Of a DNA stretch of 64,000 bases, positions 1 through 11,174 are shown one piece after another. The translations under genes and the position numbers were made by a program. The first letter of the stretch is position 1. Each line of letters starts with the position of its first letter. The notes under the pieces are model-generated. The model was not told where the DNA came from and did not search any database. It saw only the letters and a list, made by a program, of their open reading frames with translations. Location: positions 5,728,001 to 5,792,000 of the forward strand of contig OZ245006.1 in NCBI GenBank assembly GCA_965223545.1, written 5' to 3'. The DNA is from Planctomycetota bacterium (GTDB taxonomy: Bacteria; Planctomycetota; UBA1135; UBA2386).

Positions 1-1
1 G

Positions 2-853
2 ATCGGTATCGCCGGCGAACACGTCCTCGATCGGCCAGGGATAGGGCAGGTACAACCACCAGCGGAACGCGCTGCCGTCGTCGCGCAGCACGCCGATCCC
101 GCCGCCGTCGAAGTGCACGACCGCGTCGGCGCGCCCGTCGCCGTCGACGTCGAGGAGGCGCAGGGCGCGCGCCACCGCCGGCAGCGTCGCGCGCACCTGG
201 CGCGCCGGGGCGAGAAAGCCCATCGACGTGTCCATGCACAGCTTGAGCAGCAGCGTCTGACCGCCGGGCAGCTCCGCCAGCACGCCGATGTCGTCGTGGC
301 CGTCGCCGTCGGCGTCGCGCGTGTCGATCTCGTAGCAGCCGGGGACGACCGGCCACGACGAGTTCAGCGCGAAGCCGCCGCCCTGCGGGTTGGTGGCGAA
401 GGCATAGGTGTAGTGTGCGGCCAGTAGGGTCGTGCTCTGGCGGTCGACGAGCAGGACCCGGTCGCCCAAGGAGTAGGCGGTCGACCGAAAGGTGGCGGCG
501 TCGTCGGCGGGGCGAGCGGCGAACGTATGCCAGCCGCGGAACCGACCCAGCGAGGACGCCCGCGCCATCTGCACGCTGAGCTCCTGGCCGCCGTTGGTCG
601 CGGGCGCCAAGAACCACGCGTCCAAGTGTTGGTCCGCGTCGAAGTCCGCGCAGCCGGCGGCGGTGGTGACCACCGGGCGGGGGTCGCCGATCGCGGTTTG
701 GAACGGCGCGAACGCCTCGACCGTAGGGTTCTGTGAATACTCGAGTTGCGGGGGTACTCGCTGGGTCGACGCCGCCGCTCCGAAGCCCTGCGCCGCGGTC
801 GAGGCGGCGAGTACGGCAACGGTTGTGGCGGTCAGGGACGGCGCGGCGAACAT
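2..853 (-). CDS. Secreted FG-GAP/VCBS-repeat protein (3' end runs off the window)
   Basis: Own translation from ATG 853: MFAAPSLTATTVAVLAASTAAQ signal peptide; repeats ADFDADQHLD, RDADGDGHDDI, LDVDGDGRADAVV; no stop before the window edge. Confidence 0.75.
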   Translation of the reverse strand, partial: MFAAPSLTATTVAVLAASTAAQGFGAAASTQRVPPQLEYSQNPTVEAFAPFQTAIGDPRPVVTTAAGCADFDADQHLDAWFLAPATNGGQELSVQMARASSLGRFRGWHTFAARPADDAATFRSTAYSLGDRVLLVDRQSTTLLAAHYTYAFATNPQGGGFALNSSWPVVPGCYEIDTRDADGDGHDDIGVLAELPGGQTLLLKLCMDTSMGFLAPARQVRATLPAVARALRLLDVDGDGRADAVVHFDGGGIGVLRDDGSAFRWWLYLPYPWPIEDVFAGDTD

Positions 854-986
854 GGCGTCGGGAGGCCCGGCAGGAGCGCGATGCCGCGATCATAGCGGAC
901 CGCGCCGGTTCGGTGGTTGTCCGGCGCCGCCGTCGTCGCCGGGACAATCGCCAGAAATCGTCGCCGCGGTGGGCCGGGGCTCGACC

Positions 987-2213
987 TCAGAACGCGAACG
1001 ACCACTGCAGGATCGCGTCGAACTTGTCCGTGTCCGCGGCGCCGTTCGCCGCGTCGGTCAGAGTCTGCGTCAGCTGCAGGGTCAGGGCGTTGTAGTCGGC
1101 GAAGTCCCACCGAATGCCGCCGGTGAACGCCTCGAGGTCGTTGCGCGAGTCGAAGTAGGTGTCACGGTCGTCGACCCGCACGCGGTCGTAGCGCACGTAC
1201 GGAGTCCAGGTGTCGAGCTTGTAGCCCAGCTGGGCGTACAGCCCCCACGAGCCCGAGTCCGGCCCGGGCTGCTCGTGCGCGACGTGGAAGAACTCGACCA
1301 GGGCCTCGACGGGGTGTGCCGTGTAGGCGACGTGCGCCGAGAGAATGCGCTCCTCGAGCTTGCCGTGCAGCGGGCTGGAGCCGGGCGTGGTGTTGGGCGG
1401 GATGTCGTCGAACATCGCGCCGCCGCCGACACGCAGGCCGGGGATACCGCTCGGCTCGAAGAACAGCCGCGCGTTGACCGCCTTGGAGCGGTTGGCGTCC
1501 GCGGTCCGCTGCTGCGCGAGCTGCGTGCGCCCGCGGCCGTTGGCGGCCTCGACGGTGAGGTCCCACAGACCTGCGTCGGTGTCGTGGCGCGCCTCCAGCT
1601 GGACGCCGTTCAGGTGGATCGGCAGGATGCCGCGGAACGAGAGGATCGCCGGGCGACCGACGCTGGTTTGCAGCCACTCGCCGTGGTGGTAGGTCTCGTT
1701 CCAATAGCCCAAGCTGGTGTGCAGGCGGCCGACCTTCAGGGTCAGCCAGTCCAGCAGGTCGTAGCGGAGGTTGAGGCGGTGGACGTTGATGGAGGTCGAG
1801 CCGCTGGACGTGAAGTGCAGTGCGGTCTCGCTCAGGAAGGAGATGCGCTCGGTGATCTGCGAGGTCAAGAACAGGTCCAGGTGGCCCGAGGCGAACTCGT
1901 TGCTGGATACCGGCGGGCTGCCTTCGCGATCGGTGTAGTCGTAGCCGAGGCGGAAGTGGCCGAAGCCGTGGATCTCGATCGGCGGCAGCGTCACCGGATC
2001 GGGCTCTGGTCGTATCCGGGTCTCCGCCTTGTGCTGCTGGAGCTCGGCGCGCAGCAGCTCGAGCTCGTCCTCGAGGGTCTCCAGCCGCGCCTCGGTCTCG
2101 GTCGGGGTGCCGCCTCCCGGCGGGGCAGGATCCTGACCCGGAAGGCCGACGGCAAACGCTCCGGAAAGGGCCGCGAGCAGAACGCCGTAGCTGCTATTGG
2201 AACAAGTAGCCAT
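987..2213 (-). CDS. Outer-membrane beta-barrel (porin-like) protein with N-terminal coiled coil
   Basis: Signal peptide, coiled-coil stretch EARLETLEDELELLRAEL, amphipathic beta-strands, C-terminal ...AILQWSFAF; start taken at ATG 2213. Confidence 0.75.
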   Translation of the reverse strand: MATCSNSSYGVLLAALSGAFAVGLPGQDPAPPGGGTPTETEARLETLEDELELLRAELQQHKAETRIRPEPDPVTLPPIEIHGFGHFRLGYDYTDREGSPPVSSNEFASGHLDLFLTSQITERISFLSETALHFTSSGSTSINVHRLNLRYDLLDWLTLKVGRLHTSLGYWNETYHHGEWLQTSVGRPAILSFRGILPIHLNGVQLEARHDTDAGLWDLTVEAANGRGRTQLAQQRTADANRSKAVNARLFFEPSGIPGLRVGGGAMFDDIPPNTTPGSSPLHGKLEERILSAHVAYTAHPVEALVEFFHVAHEQPGPDSGSWGLYAQLGYKLDTWTPYVRYDRVRVDDRDTYFDSRNDLEAFTGGIRWDFADYNALTLQLTQTLTDAANGAADTDKFDAILQWSFAF

Positions 2214-3120
2214 CGTGGTCGAACCGTTTGCCGTCAATCGTGAGGATCTTGACCGGTGCCGATCGCGGGATTGCGGCCGCGGGCACGGCGGCGATTCCGC
2301 CGGGGTGGGTTTCGAGCGCGTCGACGCGTGCCTGGGCTCCCTGCAGGCGCAGTGGCATGTTCAGCGCCTTGTGCCGGTACTCCATCATCGCCCAGTGACG
2401 CCGCAGCGCGGCGGCGTCCATCTGGTACACGCGGTGGAGCAGTAGGTGCATCTCGGTGCTGCCCTCGTTGGGCAGCAGCAGCTGCACGGGCTCGCCGCCA
2501 TCCCAACGCGGTTGGTCGAGGCGCAGCACCCGGCGCAGCTCGCGTCGGGACAGATCGGACTGTCCGTGGTCGCGGTGCACCGCCAGGACGAGGCGGTCGC
2601 CGCCGGGGCAGAGCAGGGCGGTTGCCAGCGCTGCCGTCGCGATGACGTCGAGTTCGCTGCGCGCCAACACACCGTCGGCTTGCAGCAGCCCCTGGCGGGA
2701 GGTGGTCAGCAATTCGCCGCGGGGCAGCAGGTCGTCACTGGTGGCTTCGTCGGGCGCCCGCACCGGCAGCACGGCTGCCGTCGAGTGCAGGCTGTCGGGC
2801 TCGCACCGCACCGTCACCACCGGGCACGAGTAGTTGGATTGAGCGGCGAACCGCGCGGCGCGCTCGCCGACGACGAGCAGGGCGCAGGCACCGTTGAAGC
2901 GCGCATAGGCCTTTCGGCGCCCACGCTCGTCGGCCAGCTCGAGCAGGCTGACGTTCGCCCGCTTGGCCGTCGTGATCTTCGGCAGCGCGCGCTCGATCGC
3001 GGACGCGGTCGCCTTGTCCGCCCCGGCATACAGGATGTAGACCTTCTGTGCCGGGGCCCGGGCGCTCAAGACGCCCAGCAAGAGCAGCAGTGATCGAGTC
3101 GGACTGAGAAACCTGGACAC
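2194..3120 (-). CDS. Secreted periplasmic-binding-fold protein with a C-terminal PstS-like half domain
   Basis: Signal peptide ending ARAPAQ; C-terminal LAVHRD..DLSRRELRRV..W..G.PV..HPGGIAAV..VKILTIDGK pattern; overlaps the porin gene start. Confidence 0.6.
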   Translation of the reverse strand: MSRFLSPTRSLLLLLGVLSARAPAQKVYILYAGADKATASAIERALPKITTAKRANVSLLELADERGRRKAYARFNGACALLVVGERAARFAAQSNYSCPVVTVRCEPDSLHSTAAVLPVRAPDEATSDDLLPRGELLTTSRQGLLQADGVLARSELDVIATAALATALLCPGGDRLVLAVHRDHGQSDLSRRELRRVLRLDQPRWDGGEPVQLLLPNEGSTEMHLLLHRVYQMDAAALRRHWAMMEYRHKALNMPLRLQGAQARVDALETHPGGIAAVPAAAIPRSAPVKILTIDGKRFDHDGYLFQ

Positions 3121-3234
3121 CTGATGAGCCTCTACTGGGTCTACCGGAGCCCTTCGGTCCAAGCGGAGCGCTGGCTTGAGGGATTCCCCGCTCGACGGCG
3201 CTTGCCGGGGCCTCGGCCGTACAGCCGCGCCGGT

Positions 3235-5055
3235 TCAGCGCTCGCGGATCGCGTTCGTCAGCAGGTCGAGCTGCTCGAAGAAGGAGCGCAGCTGGCCGAT
3301 GTCGACCGGCTCGCTGGGCACGCTCACGCCGAGGTCGTCAGCGGCGACCGGCGCCGCCAGCGGGTCGAGAATGCCGGCGATGCGGGTGGCTTCGGCTGCC
3401 TGTTCGTTCTCGCCGAGGCGCTTGAAGATCGACGCGGCGCAGCGGTGGACCAGCGGGTCGCCGTCGAACTTGCCGCGCGCCGACGCCAGCTGCTCCCGGG
3501 CGCGGTCGAGCTGACCGCGCAGCGCGAGCAGGCGGACGTGCGCCACCGCGGTGCGGGCGTCCGGCGTCTCGATGCCGTCGATCACTTCTTGCGCGTGGCC
3601 CAGGATCTCTTCGCGGCGTTCGGCGTCGGTCTCGGCGAGGTCGACCAAAGCCTCGGCGACCAGTGAGCGGGTCTCCTGCGTGGGCGCCAGCTCGAGCAAT
3701 CTCTCGAGGTCCCGCAGCATCCGGCCGTGCGCCTCGCTGCCGCCCAGCTGGCGCAGGGTGTCGATGCGGAAGTACAAGACGGCGGCGGTCGGCTCGCCGT
3801 AGCAGCGCTCGGCGGCGTCGAGATCGGCCAGCGCCCGGTCGAACGCGCGTTGGCGGTGGTGGGCCTGGGCGCGCACGAACCAGCCGAGGGGCTCGCCCGG
3901 CGCGGCGTCGATCGCCTTGCTGGCGGTCTCCACGGCGACCTCGAGGTAGGCGCGGCGCGCCTCGGTCGACAGTGGCTGCAAGCGCGCTCCTCGGGTGCCG
4001 TCGGCGAGGGCGATCTTGTTCTCGGCCTCTTGGATGTAGCCGCGCACCGCGTCGGCGCTGCGCTGCTGCCAGAGCAGGCCGCCGATCACCGACAACACCA
4101 AGACGGCGACCAGCAGCACGCTCTCCACCGGTCGCCGCGCCGCGGCCTGGCCGGCGCGCCGGGCGATGTTGGGTGGCCGCGCGTGGATGCGCTCGCCGTC
4201 GACGAAGCGCTGCAGGTCGTCGGCGAGGTCCTGCGCGGTGCCGTAGCGCCGGTGCGGGTGCTTCTCGAGGGCCTTGCACACCACCGTTTGCAGCGGCGTC
4301 GGGATGTCGTGGCGCAGTCTCCGCGGCGGGGTGGGCGGGCGGTCCAGCACTGCCTTGAGCACGCCCTGGGTCGTCGAGGCGGAAAACGGCGGTCGCGCCG
4401 TCAGCAGCTCGTAGAGCGTCGCGCCCAGGGCGTACACGTCCGAGCGCACGTCGACCTTGCCCCGGCCTGCGTCGATCTGCTCGGGCGCCATGTAGACCGG
4501 CGTGCCGACGATCGAGCCGCTCTCGGTCTGCGTGCCGGCACCGGCATCGCGGGCCAGGCCGAAGTCGGTGACGGCGACGCCGCCGTCGTCGCGCAGCAGG
4601 ACGTTGTCGGGCTTGACGTCGCGGTGCAACACACCGCGCTCGTGCGCGCTCTGCAGCGCGTGGGCTGTGGCGATGCCGATCTCCGCCGCCTGCACCGCGG
4701 GCACCGGACCGAGCGCGACCCGGTCGGCCGCCGACAGTCCGTCGACGAACTCCATGGCGATGAAGGCCAGCTCGCCGCGCTCGCCGAACTGCACCGCCGC
4801 CGGAATCGACGGGTGGCGCAGGCGCTTCAGCAACCCGGCCTCGCGCCGGAATCGCAACAGCGCGTTGGCGGAGCTGCCGCGGTCGAGCCACAGGACCTTG
4901 AGGGCGACGCGGCGCTGGTTCTCCCGCTGCGTCGCCTCGTAGACCACTCCCATGCTGCCGCGGCCCAGCTCGCGCAGTATCGCGAACTCGGGCAGGCGTT
5001 CGGCGACCTGGCGCCATCCCGCATCGGGCAACGGTGGGTCTGTGTCGCTGGGCAC
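3235..5055 (-). CDS. Hanks-type Ser/Thr protein kinase with TM segment and TPR-like C-terminus
   Basis: GRGSMGVVY, VALK, HRDVKPDN, DFG, GTPVYMAPE, DVYALG; hydrophobic helix then helical repeats. Confidence 0.92.
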   Translation of the reverse strand: MPSDTDPPLPDAGWRQVAERLPEFAILRELGRGSMGVVYEATQRENQRRVALKVLWLDRGSSANALLRFRREAGLLKRLRHPSIPAAVQFGERGELAFIAMEFVDGLSAADRVALGPVPAVQAAEIGIATAHALQSAHERGVLHRDVKPDNVLLRDDGGVAVTDFGLARDAGAGTQTESGSIVGTPVYMAPEQIDAGRGKVDVRSDVYALGATLYELLTARPPFSASTTQGVLKAVLDRPPTPPRRLRHDIPTPLQTVVCKALEKHPHRRYGTAQDLADDLQRFVDGERIHARPPNIARRAGQAAARRPVESVLLVAVLVLSVIGGLLWQQRSADAVRGYIQEAENKIALADGTRGARLQPLSTEARRAYLEVAVETASKAIDAAPGEPLGWFVRAQAHHRQRAFDRALADLDAAERCYGEPTAAVLYFRIDTLRQLGGSEAHGRMLRDLERLLELAPTQETRSLVAEALVDLAETDAERREEILGHAQEVIDGIETPDARTAVAHVRLLALRGQLDRAREQLASARGKFDGDPLVHRCAASIFKRLGENEQAAEATRIAGILDPLAAPVAADDLGVSVPSEPVDIGQLRSFFEQLDLLTNAIRER

Positions 5056-5065
5056 GGCCAGTCGG

Positions 5066-5890
5066 TCAGAGTGCGTCGCCGATGCGCCGCAGCTGGGACA
5101 GGAGATCGGGGAGATGGTCGAGGACCAGCATGTTGGGCCCGTCCGAAGGAGCGCGGTCCGGGTCCTCGTGCACTTCCATGAACACGCCGTCGACGCCGCA
5201 GGCCACGGCGGCGCGCGCCAGGTAGGGCACCTTGCTGCGGTCGCCGCCCGTGCGGTTGCCGTCGCCGCCCGGCCGCTGCACGGAGTGGGTGGCGTCGAAG
5301 ATCAGCGGGCTGCCGGTGGCGCGCATGGTCGGAAAGCCGGCGAAGTCGACGACCAGTGCCCGGTAGCCGAAGCTGGTGCCGCGGTCGGTGATCATCACGT
5401 CGTGATTGCCGGTGCCGTTGATCTTGGCGATGACGTTCGGGATGTCCTCGGGCGCGAGGAACTGCCCCTTTTTGACGTTGACCGGCACGCCGGTGTTCCC
5501 CGCCGCCAGCAGCAGGTCGGTCTGCCGGCACAGGAACGCCGGGATCTGCAGGCACTGCACCACCTCGGCGGCGGCGCGCGCCTGGGCCTCGGTGTGAATG
5601 TCCGTAAGCACCGGCAAGTCGAGCGCGCGGCGGACGTCGGCGAGGATCTGCAGCCCCTCGTCGACGCCGAGTCCGCGGAAGCTGTCGACGGAGGTGCGGT
5701 TGGCCTTGTCGAACGAGCTCTTGAACACCAGGGGGACCTCGGCGGCGGCGCAGGCGGTCACCAGGCGCTCGGCGTGGCGCAGGGCCGAATCGCGGCTCTC
5801 GATCACGCATGGACCGGCGATCAGGGCGAACGGTTCACCCCCGCCAAAGGTCACGGGTCCGACCTGAACGCGGCGCGTGGTCACGGACAT
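5066..5890 (-). CDS. kdsA: 3-deoxy-8-phosphooctulonate (KDO8P) synthase
   Basis: IAGPCVIES, FKSSFDKANRTS, QIPAFLCRQTDLL, KKGQF, DATHSVQ, PSDGP. Confidence 0.97.
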   Translation of the reverse strand: MSVTTRRVQVGPVTFGGGEPFALIAGPCVIESRDSALRHAERLVTACAAAEVPLVFKSSFDKANRTSVDSFRGLGVDEGLQILADVRRALDLPVLTDIHTEAQARAAAEVVQCLQIPAFLCRQTDLLLAAGNTGVPVNVKKGQFLAPEDIPNVIAKINGTGNHDVMITDRGTSFGYRALVVDFAGFPTMRATGSPLIFDATHSVQRPGGDGNRTGGDRSKVPYLARAAVACGVDGVFMEVHEDPDRAPSDGPNMLVLDHLPDLLSQLRRIGDAL

Positions 5891-5959
5891 CTCGGGATCA
5901 TAGCCGCGTGCCCGGGGCGGGTTGCACAGCGGGATCGGGTCCGATGATACGCCAAAGCG

Positions 5960-7066
5960 TCAAATTGGTCGGGGCGGAGCGCCGGAGGCGGCCGGGGCCA
6001 GGACCTCGAGCAGCGCCGCGGTCACCTCGTCGGTGTGCGCCGCCGGGCGGCCGGCGGTGGTCGCCTCGGTGGCGAGGTCGGGGGTCACGATGCCACGGCG
6101 GGTGACCTCGGCGACGGCCGCCTCGATCCGGTCGGCGGCGTCCGGCAGCTGCAGGCTGTGGCGCAGCATGAGCGCGCCGCTGAGGACCGCGCCGATCGGG
6201 TTGGCCACGTTGCGCCCGGCCAAGTCGGGGGCCGAGCCGTGGACCGGTTCGTACAGCCCGAACGTCGTCTCGCCCAACGACGCCGACGGCAGCACGCCGA
6301 GCGAGCCGGCGAGCATCGACGCTTCGTCGGTCAGGATGTCGCCGAACATGTTCTCGGTGACGACCACGTCGAAGTCGGCCGGTCGCGCCAGCAGGTGCAT
6401 CGCCATGGCGTCGACCAACTGGTGTTCGAGCTGTAGGTCCGGAAACTCGGCGGCGACGACGGCGTCGGTGGTCTGCCGCCAGAGGCGCGAGGTGGCGAGG
6501 ACGTTGGCCTTGTCGACCGAGGTCAGCCGGCCGCCGCGTTGTTGTGCCAGCCGCGCGGCGACGCGCACGACGCGTTCGACTTCGGAGCGCGTGTAGACGC
6601 ACCGATCGACGGCGCGCTCGCTGTCCGCCTCGCTGCCGCCGAAGTAGATCCCGCCGGTGAGCTCGCGGACGAACAGCACGTCGACGCCGGCGAGTCGCTC
6701 CGGCCGCAGCGGCGAGGCGGCGGCGCATGCCGGCAGCGGTGCCACCGGGCGCAGGTTGGCGAACAGGCCGAGCTCACGCCGCAGTCGCAACAGACCGGCC
6801 TCGGGGCGCGGGGCGTTGTCGGCGCCGGTCCACTGTGGGCCGCCCACCGCGCCGAGCAGGGCGGCGTCGGCCGAGCGGCAAAGCTCCAGCGTCTCCCGTG
6901 GCAGCGGGTCGCCGACCGCGTCGATCGCCGTGCCGCCGATGAGCGCGGTGTCGATCCGCAGCGAAACCCCGCTGTGGCGCGCGGCCGCGGCGCACACCTG
7001 CAGCGCCGCCGCGGTGACCTCGGGGCCGATGCCGTCACCGGGCAAGTGTGCGATGAGGGCGGTCAC
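5960..7066 (-). CDS. leuB: 3-isopropylmalate dehydrogenase
   Basis: LPGDGIGPEV, RELTGGIYFG, VDKANVL, ENMFGDILTDEA, YEPVHGSAPD; GTG start at 7066. Confidence 0.96.
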   Translation of the reverse strand: MTALIAHLPGDGIGPEVTAAALQVCAAAARHSGVSLRIDTALIGGTAIDAVGDPLPRETLELCRSADAALLGAVGGPQWTGADNAPRPEAGLLRLRRELGLFANLRPVAPLPACAAASPLRPERLAGVDVLFVRELTGGIYFGGSEADSERAVDRCVYTRSEVERVVRVAARLAQQRGGRLTSVDKANVLATSRLWRQTTDAVVAAEFPDLQLEHQLVDAMAMHLLARPADFDVVVTENMFGDILTDEASMLAGSLGVLPSASLGETTFGLYEPVHGSAPDLAGRNVANPIGAVLSGALMLRHSLQLPDAADRIEAAVAEVTRRGIVTPDLATEATTAGRPAAHTDEVTAALLEVLAPAASGAPPRPI

Positions 7067-7257
7067 CGGCCGAGCCCCTCGTAGCGGCGCTGCATCGCGG
7101 CCAAGGCCAGGCGCACCGAGTCGGCGTCGGAGTCGGCATCGGAGAAGGCCTGGGGGTGCGGTCGCGGCTCGGGCCGCGGTGCGCCGGTGGTCGCTCGCGG
7201 GCGGCCGGCAGACGGCGTCGCGATTGGCGGCGCCGCTGGTTCGTCGGGTCGGTTCAT
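7063..7257 (-). CDS. Small 64-aa hypothetical protein translationally coupled between leuD and leuB
   Basis: ATGA overlap with leuD stop and GTGA overlap with leuB start; fills the gap exactly. Confidence 0.5.
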   Translation of the reverse strand: MNRPDEPAAPPIATPSAGRPRATTGAPRPEPRPHPQAFSDADSDADSVRLALAAMQRRYEGLGR

Positions 7258-7829
7258 GGTCTGGCAGTCTCGAAGGCGGTGATCTGAGGGGCGTGCTGCA
7301 GCAGGAAGCCGAGCTCATCGATGCCCTGCAGCAGGCAGTGGCGGGCGAAGTCGTCGATCGCGAACGGCACGTCGCCGAGGCCGTCGGCACGCAGCTGTCG
7401 CGCGCGCAGGTCGATCTCGACCGTGGCGAACGGCCGCTGCAGCAACCACTCGTGGGCGGTGCCGTCGATCTCGGCGGTGACGATGCCGTTCTTCTGCGCG
7501 TTGCTGCGAAAGATGTCGGCGAGGTCGGTGCTCACCACCGCGCGGAAGCCGGCGTCGTGCAGCGCCCACGCGGCGTGCTCGCGCGACGAGCCACAGCCGA
7601 AATTGGCGCCGGCGATCAGGATCCGGGCGCCGTCGGCGCGGGGGTCGTCCAGCGGGCAGCCCGGCTGTCCGCGCCAGTCGTGGAACGCGTGGCGGCCGAG
7701 TCCGTCGCGCGCGGTGGTCACCAGGAAGCGAGCCGGAATGATCTGGTCGGTGTCGATGTCGGCCGCCGGCAGGACGACGGTGTGCGAGCGCAGCCGCTCG
7801 ATCGGCTGGCGGGAATTGGGTTCAGGCAT
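7254..7829 (-). CDS. leuD: 3-isopropylmalate dehydratase small subunit
   Basis: [35 protein letters not shown]. Confidence 0.96.
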   Translation of the reverse strand: MPEPNSRQPIERLRSHTVVLPAADIDTDQIIPARFLVTTARDGLGRHAFHDWRGQPGCPLDDPRADGARILIAGANFGCGSSREHAAWALHDAGFRAVVSTDLADIFRSNAQKNGIVTAEIDGTAHEWLLQRPFATVEIDLRARQLRADGLGDVPFAIDDFARHCLLQGIDELGFLLQHAPQITAFETARP

Positions 7830-9242
7830 GGATGGTCTCCGGGCGGTCGGCGATCATCGGCCGGGGGTCGGCGACGTGCCCCTTCACCGCGGAAGCGGCG
7901 GCCACCAGGGGGCTGGCGAGCAGAGTGCGCGCACCCGGACCCTGACGGCCGGCGAAGTTGCGGTTGCTGGTGCTGATCGCGTAGCTGCCGGCCTCGACGC
8001 GGTCGCCGTTCATGGCGATGCACATCGAGCAGCCGGGCTCGCGCCACTCGCCACCGGCGGCGGTGACGGCCGCGGCGATGCCCTCGGCCTCGGCCGCCGC
8101 CTGCACCTGCTCGGAGCCGGGTACGACGACCAGCCGCACGCCGTCGGCGACGCGCCGGCCGCGCAGCACCGCGGCAGCGGCGCGCAGGTCGCCGAGCCGG
8201 CCGTTGGTGCAGCTGCCGATGAAGGCGACGTCGATGCGCTGGTCGGCGATCGCGCGGCCGGGCGTCAGGCCCATGTAGTCCAGCGCGGCGGCCTCGAGTG
8301 CGTCGCGCGCCGGCGGCACCCGCTCGTCGACCGCGATGGCCATGCCCGGGTGGGTGCCGTAGGTGACCTGCGGGGCCAGGTGCGAGACATCGAGCACGTG
8401 CTCGGTGTCGTAGCTTGCGTCGGGGTCGGCGCGCCACTGCTCGCAGTGCGCGGCGGCGTCGGCGACCCGGGCGGCGTGCTCGGGCGCGGCGAGCCGCTGC
8501 AAGAAGTCGGCGGTCACCGCGTCGGCGCCGATCATCCCGGCGCGGGCACCGGCCTCGATCGACATGTTGCACAGGGTCATGCGCTGCTCCATGTCCAAGG
8601 CCCGCACGCTGTCACCGCGATACTCGAGCACGCTGCCCGCACCGCCGCCGGGCCCGAGCGCGCGGACCACGGCGAGGGCGACGTCCTTGGCGCCGGTGCC
8701 GCGCGGCAGTGCGCCGCGCAGCTCGATGCCGGTGCTCTTCGGCTTGCGCTGCAGTAAGCACTGGCTGGCCAGCACGTGGCCGACTTCGGTGGTGCCGATG
8801 CCGAACGCGAGCGCGCCGAATGCGCCGTGGGTGCTGGTGTGACTGTCGCCGCACACGATCGTGCTGCCCGGCAGGGTCAGGCCGAGCTCGGGGCCGATGA
8901 CGTGCACGATGCCGCGACGGCCGCTGCCCGGGGCATGCAGGCGGATGCCGTGCGCGGCGCAGCTGGCCGCCAGCGCCTCGATCTGCGCGCGCGCCGCGTC
9001 GGTGAGGCCGGGCCAGCTGCCGTCCGCGCCGCGCGGCGTGGTCGGCGTCGAGTGGTCCATCGTCGCCACCGTGCGCTCCGGCCGGCGCACGGGCAGGCCG
9101 CGCGCAGCCAGCGCCGCGAACGCCTGCGGCGACGTCACCTCGTGCAGCAGGTGCAGATCGACGTACAGCACTGCCGGGGTGTCCGCCGACTCGGCGACGA
9201 CGACGTGCGCGTCCCAGATCTTGTCGAGCAGGGTGCGCGCGC

Positions 9243-9246
<4 letters not shown>
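7822..9246 (-). CDS. leuC: 3-isopropylmalate dehydratase large subunit
   Basis: [59 protein letters not shown]. Confidence 0.97.
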
Positions 9247-10847
<1,601 letters not shown>

Positions 10848-11174
10848 GGTTTTCGGCGGTGGTGCGCGCGCCGGCCACGTCTCCCCGGAAGCGGATGCCG
10901 AGTTTCGGCCTGCTCCCGGGGGGCGCGGGCCGTCGTCGCGGATCGGGGTTCGGTCCTGGTGCTACGCCGGCGCGCCCGCAAGCGGGCTGAGTCGCTCCTC
11001 GAGGGCGGGAGCGACCGCGGTGGTAAGTCGTCCGCTCGGGCGGCGGACGGCGCGCGGCGCCGGGGCTGCGGGTGACCCGACGGACGGGGCGCGGTGGGTG
11101 TGCGCGCGTTCGTCGTGGATCGGGGTGGTCCGCATGGGGGCGCGAATGCTGCGTGACGCTGGCCGTCCCGTCAA
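10848..11174 (-). promoter_or_regulatory. Candidate leu operon promoter, leader peptide (10962-11135) and attenuator-like leader
   Basis: Minus strand TTGACG (11174-11169)-17 bp-CAGCAT (11151-11146); 57-aa ORF with 4 Leu in the last 22 codons; GGGCGCG near its stop is complementary to downstream CGCGCCC. Confidence 0.5.
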
